Shown one piece after another: positions 53,440 to 64,000 of a DNA stretch of 64,000 nt. Origin of the DNA: the human T2T-CHM13v2.0 reference genome, Homo sapiens; assembly GCF_009914755.1 (NCBI RefSeq), contig NC_060936.1; one strand, given 5' to 3'. The translations under genes and the position numbers were made by a program. The notes beneath the pieces were generated by a model. The model did no database searches and was not told where the DNA came from. It was given only the letters and a program-made list of their open reading frames with translations. The first letter of the stretch is position 1. Each line of letters starts with the position of its first letter.

Positions 53440-53665
53440 GTTCTTTCGTGAGCATTCTCTATGTGCCAGGCTAAGTGTTTTGTATGCACTGTATGATTTA
53501 ATCCTAGAACAACACTATGAAGCAGGAGCTCTTAGTATTCCCCTTTTACAGATGAGGAGGCAGGCTCAGAGAGGTGATGTAACTTGCCCAGAATTATATA
53601 ACTAGTGTGTGGCAGAGCCTGGACTCAAGCCCAGATCTGTTGGACTCCAGACCCCGTGTAGAACC
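53440..53665 (-). mobile_element. MIR
   Basis: CCCTTTTACAGATGAGGAGGCAGGCTCAGAGAGGTGATGTAACTTGCCCAG. Confidence 0.8.
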
Positions 53666-53729
53666 ATAAGGAACTGATGCTGCTTCAATTTCTGCACTGA
53701 TACGGAAATCTCTCCGAGATATCATGCCG

Positions 53730-54203
53730 TTGTTTTCTATTGTTGCTATAGCATATTATCACAAGTTTAACACATATTTATTGCACACTTCTGGAGGTCA
53801 GCAGTCTGACATGTGGGTCTCACTGGGCTAAAATCTCAGTGTGGGCAGGGCTGTGTTCCCCTCTGGAGGCTGCAGGGGAGAATCCCTTTCCTTGCCTTTC
53901 CCAGCTTCTAGAGGCTGCCTGCATTCCTTGGCTCCTGGCCCCTCCTCTGTCTGCAAAGCCACCATTGTCATGTCTCTCTAACCCTTTGTCCCAGTTCCCT
54001 CTGACCACAGCCAGGAAAGATTATCTGACTTTAAGGATCCATAGGATTAGATTGAGCCCACTTGGATAATTCAGGATACTCTCCCCATCTCAAAGTCCTT
54101 AATCACATCTGCAAAGTTCTTTTTGCCAAGTAAGGTAACATGCACACCTGGCAGGGATTAAGGTGTGGTCACCTTTGTGGGGGCCATTATCCTGCCAGCC
54201 ATA
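53730..54203 (-). mobile_element. MLT1D/E-like LTR
   Basis: CTCACTGGGCTAAAATC...GGAGAATCCCTTTCCTTGCCTTTCCCAGCTTCTAGAGGCTGCC...CACATCTGCAAAG. Confidence 0.85.
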
Positions 54204-54221
54204 TAAAAAGGAGAGAAAAGA

Positions 54222-54520
54222 GGCCAGGCGCGGTGGCTCACACCTGTAATCTCAGCACTTTGGAAGGCTGAGGCGGGCGGATCACCTGAGGTCAGGAGTT
54301 CAAGACCAGCCTGGCCAACATGGCAAAACCCCATCTCTACTAAAAATACAAAAAAATTGGCTGGGTGTGGTGGCTCACGCCTGTAATCCCAGCACTTTGG
54401 GAGGCCAAGGCGGGTGGATCACAAGGTCAGGAGATCGAGACCATCCTGGTTAACACAGTGAAACCCCGTCTCTACTAAAAACAAACAAACAAAACTCTAC
54501 TAAAAAAAAAAAAAAAAAGA
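54222..54520 (+). mobile_element. Two Alu left arms in tandem, no right arm
   Basis: S-type left arm (54222-54357) then Y/Sc-type left arm (54359-54480), A tail; AGAGAAAAGAG on both sides. Confidence 0.88.
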
Positions 54521-54699
54521 GAGAGAGAGAGAAAAGAGCAAGGTGCCGAATCAGTAGCAAGGTGCTTCTTCTGGTGTTAAAAAATTCTTAAATGGGGAGA
54601 ATAACAATATATACTAGTATTTGCATAATGAAGGATACATTAAGGAACCAGTATTGGGGAAGAGCTAGCCTGATGGGGACAAGACTGGATGGAGATTTT

Positions 54700-55440
<741 letters not shown>

Positions 55441-56398
55441 CAGATTAACAGTTTCCAGGAGAAACACGTTTCCCTCTCTTGTATCTTTATTTTTCAGTTA
55501 TATAAACAAATGATCTATTTTTAAATGAAATTTAAAATAAAAATCTAATGCTTCATGGAGATAAGGCTCCCAAGGGGTCCCAAAAAGTGGTGGGTGAGGG
55601 GAAGCCTCAGTGGAGCTCTGGGCTGGAGCGGATGGGAGGCAGAAGGCCCCACCAAAGCTACACGTGGTGAACAGACTTGGGGAGTCTAGGCTCTGACATT
55701 CTGGCTTCCTGGCCTGCTTGGAGGTGGGTGGGGAAGTGGTGGGAATGCCAGCGATACAATTTAGCCCTGAGGAAAGTCCCCAAAGTCAAGAGTGCTGCAG
55801 TCACTCTATGTGGGTAGGGTGGGAGAGCCACAGGAAACCCACCATCCCTCCATCAGAGCCATATCACACTCCTAGACCCAGGTGTTAAACCAAAGCGTGC
55901 CCAGATTGGACAACCGGGAAAAATGGAGATGCGCAGAATGTGCAGGACGGGGGAGGGGTTGGCTAAACTGGAAGTCGGGAGGTCCAAGTCCTACTCTAGC
56001 TCTGCCACCAGCCACCTGCACAGTCCTGTGAGAGCCACCTCTAAACACATTCCCTCTAGTAACCACGGCTGGGAGAGGTGGAATGGCGAATAACATCTAT
56101 TAGTGTTTGCTTGTATTTGCATAAAGAAGGGCACAATAAAAACCGAAGCAGCATCAAATGAGATCCTGGGTATGGAAAAGGGAGTGTCAATTAATATTGT
56201 TAACAGCCAGATCCCAAAACCCCAATCCTACCAAGTTCCCAACATTATCCCTAATTTAAGAGAGGAGTTCTGCAGGATGAATAGGAGTTTGCTGGAAACA
56301 AGAAAGTTATTGTAGAGAAAGAGAATGACAGGGTCAAAAACAGAGAAATAGGAAATGAGCCCAGTGAGTCCAGAGAATTTAAAAAAATGCAAAATACA

Positions 56399-56693
56399 GG
56401 GCGGGCGCATTGGCTCACACCTGTAATCCCAGCACTTTGGGAGGCTGAGGCGGGCAGATTGCCTGAGGTCAGGAGTTCGAGACCAACCTGACGAACATGG
56501 TGAAACCGGTCTCTACTAAAAATACAAAAACTAGCTAGGCCTGGTGGCAGGTGCCTGTAATCCCAGCTACTCAGGAGGCTGAGGCAGGACAATCACTTGA
56601 ACCTGGGAGGCAGAGGTTGCAGTGAGCCAAGATCGTGTCACTGTGCACTCCAGCCTGGGCGACAGCGAGACTCTATGTCCAAAAAAAAAAAAA
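56399..56693 (+). mobile_element. AluSx
   Basis: Full dimer; TSD AAAAAAATGCAAAATACA. Confidence 0.93.
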
Positions 56694-57009
56694 ATGCAAA
56701 ATACAAAATGCAATGTGGAAACTTGGATTGGATTCTGGAACAGAAAAAGGACATCAGTGGAAAAACTGATGAAATCTAAATAAAGTCTGCAGTCTAGTTA
56801 ACAGTATTGTACCAATGTTGATTTCTCAGTTTTGACAAATATACCACGATTATATAAGACGTTAACATTAGAAGGAAGCTGCACTATCTTTGCAACTTTT
56901 TTTAAACTGAAATTATTCCAAAATTAAAAGTTTATTAAGAAAGAGGGTTGGCAAGAGGTGGAGATTGCAGTGAACTGAGATCATGCCACTGCACTCCAGC
57001 CTGGGTGAC

Positions 57010-57111
57010 AGAGGGAGAGGAAAGAAAGGAAAGAAAGAGGAAAAGAGAAAGGAAGAAAGGAAGAAGAAGGAAGGAAGGAAGGAAAGGAGGGAGGGAGGGA
57101 AAGAAAGAGAG
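57010..57111 (+). repeat. Polypurine (GAAA/GGAA) tract following an Alu fragment
   Basis: About 100 nt of only A/G after GCACTCCAGCCTGGGTGACAGAG. Confidence 0.9.
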
Positions 57112-57153
57112 TTCGAGGTATTTAGGGAAGTAGAGCTGTTAAAAGCTAGAGCA

Positions 57154-57453
57154 GGCCAGGCATAGTGGCTCACACCTACAATCCCAACACTTCAGGAGGC
57201 CAAGGCGGACAGATCCCTTGAGTCCAGGAGTTGGAGACCAGCCTGGGCAACATGGTAAAACCCCATCTCTACAAAATATACAAAAATTGGCTGGGGGTGG
57301 TGGCGTGCACCTGTAGTCCCAGATACTTGGGAGGTTGAAATGGGAGTCTCGTTTGAGTCTGTGAGATCGAGGCTGCAGTGAGCCATGATCTCACCACTGC
57401 ACTCCAGCCTAGGTGACACAGTGAGACCCTGTCTCAAAAATAAACAAATAAAA
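57154..57453 (+). mobile_element. AluJ
   Basis: GACCAGCCTGGGCAACATGG, GAGGCTGCAGTGAGCCATGATC; TSD-like AGCTAGAGCA. Confidence 0.9.
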
Positions 57454-59371
57454 CCAGCTAGAGCATATAAGGTGCCAGAGTGGGAAATCAGGTGCTGGAC
57501 GTCAGCAGAGGCTGGTTTACAAAGGCCCGTGCCACACAATGAGGTTCAGACTTCCTTTGTCTTTAGGCAGTGACTCCATGGCCATATTCTCCCTCTCTCT
57601 AAACCCTTCCCACAGGCCACAGGTAGACATTAGTGACAGCTTCTTACCTTCACTGTATTTTACCTGCCCATATCTACCTGAACCTACAGACGAAAGTCCC
57701 ATCTCTTATACACAGACACACATGCAGACACGTGTGCACACACACACTGGCCCTCTAGGGGGACCTTTGTCCAACCCACCCCAGATACAGCTGGGAGAGA
57801 CAGCGACCCTGCCTCTGGGTGCTTATAGTTTCAGGAGCATCAGCCAAACATTATATGAGACACAAAGAAACTGTCAGCAAGATAGATTCAGCAACTTCGT
57901 TTGCCCTTTGATATGAATAAAACCTTCTCAGGACCAGCTTAGGCTAAGCTGTGTGGAAATGGGAAGCAGGCATAGAGCTGAGCCCAGTGGCCCCCAGCAC
58001 TGCCCTGTCCCCACCTGTGTCTTGCTACGGCTGCCTGGTCAGTCCTGCTCTCAGATATCTGGACCCCTGCAACTCCTCACTTCCCTAACTCTTCCTCGCC
58101 TTGTTACCATCTAATGATTGGCGTCCACCACATCCTATATCACCAGTTAGGAGGTGAGTTTCTCATGAGCAAAACTAGGGCGTGGCTTATCCTGGGCACC
58201 TCCCACAGCCTAGCACTCAGGTGCTCAGTAAATGTGGGGTGAACAGGACCTAGCATGCTGGGCAAAGACACTCAGAAGACAGAGCTGAAAATGCTCATCT
58301 TGCCAACATTCTCCAAGACTCCAAGCCTTGGGGCTATTTAGCATTTTATAACAACCAAGTCCACTACTCCTGTACTGAGATTAAAATTGAAAATCAAGTT
58401 TATAAGCACCCTTATAGTTTACAAAGCACTTACACATCCAGGATTTCATCTGACTCTCTTACAACAGCAAAGTAGGAGTTTTTACTAAGCCCATTTTGTG
58501 GATAACGAAATGGAGTCTCAGAAAAGCAGAGACTTGCTCAGGTCATCTCTGCTCCCAGGTAAGTATGCAGTAGGGCTTGCACCTGTGACTTCTAATTTCA
58601 AGCCCCATGCTAATTGCCTACAGCTTCTCTACCCTCTTACGCAGGAAATACCACAAATACATAGCCCCCAGAGTCCCTGCTCCTCCACCTGAAGCCAGAA
58701 CCACCAACCAGAACAGAAGCCAGCAGCCACAGAGTGAAGAGAAGCTGCAGCTGCTACCCATGGGCTGGCATTGCCTACCACTGAGCCAGGGGCAGGCTGC
58801 CTGGGCACATACCCGCCCATCCCCACCCCTCATGGTGGAGAAAGAGCAGTAATCATCCTCGCTCTGCAGCTGTGGAAAGCGAGCCTCAGAGGAACAGACA
58901 AGCACCAGCAAAGGCAGGACCCAATTGCAGGCTCACCACCTGTCAGCAGCCCTAAGACTCAGAGTCGCCTTGCAGGGAGGCACCTTCAAGATGGCACAAC
59001 TGCTGAGGAGTCATCTGCAGCCCCTTCACCCACCTCTACAGTCAAAGGGCAAAAACGGCAGTGTAGTGCCAGTCCACATTTACCTACCACAGGAAGCAGC
59101 AGCTTAGCACCTGGGCTCTGGAACCAGGCCACCTGGGTTTACATCCCGGCTCTGCTGCTTCCTAACAAGAGCATGAACCGCCTGTGACTTGGCTTCCCCA
59201 TTTGTAAAACTATCAACCTCAAAGGGTTGTTTGTGGATTGAGTTTATATACAGCAGTTAGAACAGCATTAGTTACATCTTATGTACCCATGCAAGTGTTA
59301 GTTCTTCAGACCTACTACATTAAGTGTCTGGAAGGTACCTACTGTGGGTACAACAGGAGCTGGTAATCTAG

Positions 59372-59497
<126 letters not shown>

Positions 59498-59525
59498 TGA
59501 GTAGCTGGGATTACAGGCACCTGCC

Positions 59526-62318
<2,793 letters not shown>

Positions 62319-62694
62319 GCCCAGCCAACTCTTTTAAACAGATGCATGAAACCTGAAATTATCACCCAGGACAAATCTTGTAAGAGTCTAGTGGATGATT
62401 CAGAAAGAAGTTGCTACAGGAGTGTCCTGAGAAAGAGGATCAGAGCAGACTAAGATGACTGAGGGTGCTGGGGAAGGCAGGGGCTGGGCTGGCCTCAGAG
62501 ATGGTGCAGGCTGCTTGAAGGGCAGAAAGGAGGAAGTGCCAAGAGCTTGGGCTTCGGAAAGAAGAGGTGGGGACCCAGGCATAGAGCTGGGGATGCATGT
62601 GGTATTCCAAAAGAGTGAACAGATTTGCAAACAGAGGTTAAGGCGAGAGAGCAGAGGGCCTGTATGATGATCTTACAATTGAGACATCGGCTTT

Positions 62695-62885
62695 CCATAC
62701 ATTCAATAAATATTGTGCACCTACTGTATGTCAGGCACTGTTCAAAGCCCTTGGGATACATAGAGAACAGAACAGCCATGCGGATTTTGCATTCTAGCTG
62801 GAGGAGACAGGTAAATAGCAATGCACATACCAAGGAAACATTCCACTCTGTGAGAAGGTAAATGCTATGGGAGCATTGTTTGGAA
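62695..62885 (-). mobile_element. L2 3' fragment
   Basis: CATTCAATAAATATTGTGCACCTACTGTATGTCAGGCACTGTT. Confidence 0.75.
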
Positions 62886-63865
62886 GTAGAACAGGGGTAA
62901 GGGGAGTTGGGAGATCTTTGAGCAGGAAAGAGTAAAGCTGAGCTTCAGGAGTCTGATGAAAGGATGATATTAAATATTGCTTGTTTAGAATTGCTCCCCG
63001 CCTGCCCCCAACCCCCATATACTAAGGAGGACAGACCCTGAGAGCCATGATTTGTTTTGCTGAGCAGGGTGAGGGGAGGTGGGGACACAAACGGAAAATG
63101 CCAAGTTTAGAGCTAAATTGCTCCACACAGACATATGCAGAGGACATCCACAGGGCAGGGGGCTGGCTGAGGCTGGGCTGGGGGGCAGATGATAGGGGTG
63201 GCTGCCACAGATTGGACGTTTGAGAAGAGCTATCCAGAGGGATTCTTAGAATGGTTCTCTCTGGCATATGAGAGGGAACCCCTCATCCACCTATCCGTGA
63301 AACCTTCATAAAATCCACACTGGACATAGGCAGTTTCCAGGTTGAGTGTGTGTGTGCTTAATGCAAGGAAAAGAAGTGATGGGTGAGAGGAGGGCAGCCC
63401 ACCCCCAAGGACGCACGCAGCAAGACTCTCTGGGTCCAATGTTGTGTCCATCCTGGGCAGGTGAACAGCAGCGAGGCAGGGCAAGGGTAGAACAGCCGTT
63501 TGGGCTGCAGATGAGCTTCCAGGATGCAGCCCCCTTGCGGATGGCAGGGCATCAGGGGGAACAAAAGATCAGGATCCAACCCTGGACTGAAACCAGAAGC
63601 TCTGAGGTCTGATCTGTGCTCTGCCACTCAATCACTACAACCCGCCTTAGCCCTGGTGCCTCCCAGCAATGACGTAAGAACAGCTAAGAAACAGGAATCA
63701 CATTCACTAAGCAGCTGTGAGGCTGGGGGAAGGAGGAGCCCCAGGTGATGGGAGGTGTTGGTGCTGACTGATTAGAGACAGGGAGGGCTGAGGAGAAAGT
63801 CAGCTGCGAGCCTAGAAAGCCCTTGGAGATTATGAATTCTGATCTTGATGTTTACATTGAGATTA

Positions 63866-64000
63866 CTATATTTCCTATTGCTTCGGTAACAACCACAAAT
63901 TTAGTGGCTTAAAGTAACACATATTTACTATTTCACAATTCTAGAGGTCTGAAATCTAAAATGGGTGGGCAGGGCTGTGTTGGATCCCTCTGGCAGCTGC
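63866..64000 (-). mobile_element. MLT1 LTR, cut by the window edge
   Basis: TTTCCTATTGCT...ACCACAAATTTAGTGGCTTAAA...CACAATTCTAGAGGTC. Confidence 0.8.

Overview
Primate (very likely human) non-coding DNA dominated by transposable elements. I find no credible protein-coding exon; the ORF track consists of Alu, LTR12, L2 and microsatellite translations. The window holds about 60 Alu copies or fragments, four solo LTR12 (ERV9) LTRs each inserted inside an older repeat, a HERV-K(HML-2) LTR5, MER41-, MER66- and LTR26-like ERV1 LTRs, MaLR LTRs, DNA transposon relics (MER85, MER82, MER63, MER58, MER5, a Tigger-like transposase remnant), old L1/L2/MIR fragments and a complex (TG)n satellite. Highlights: (1) a retroposed, polyadenylated 26-nt 5' fragment of tRNA-Asp(GTC) with a 20-bp target-site duplication (TSD) at 38574-38654; (2) two convergent LTR12 promoters that both lack the LTR poly(A) signal; (3) nested TE stacks with TSDs at each level; (4) a hybrid Alu carrying a 49-bp copy of a neighbouring Alu's flank; (5) an orphan CpG-rich hairpin at an L1/L2 junction. 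Family and subfamily names come from my recall of consensus sequences, not from a database run. Boundaries of old repeats are approximate, and I cannot name the chromosomal locus.
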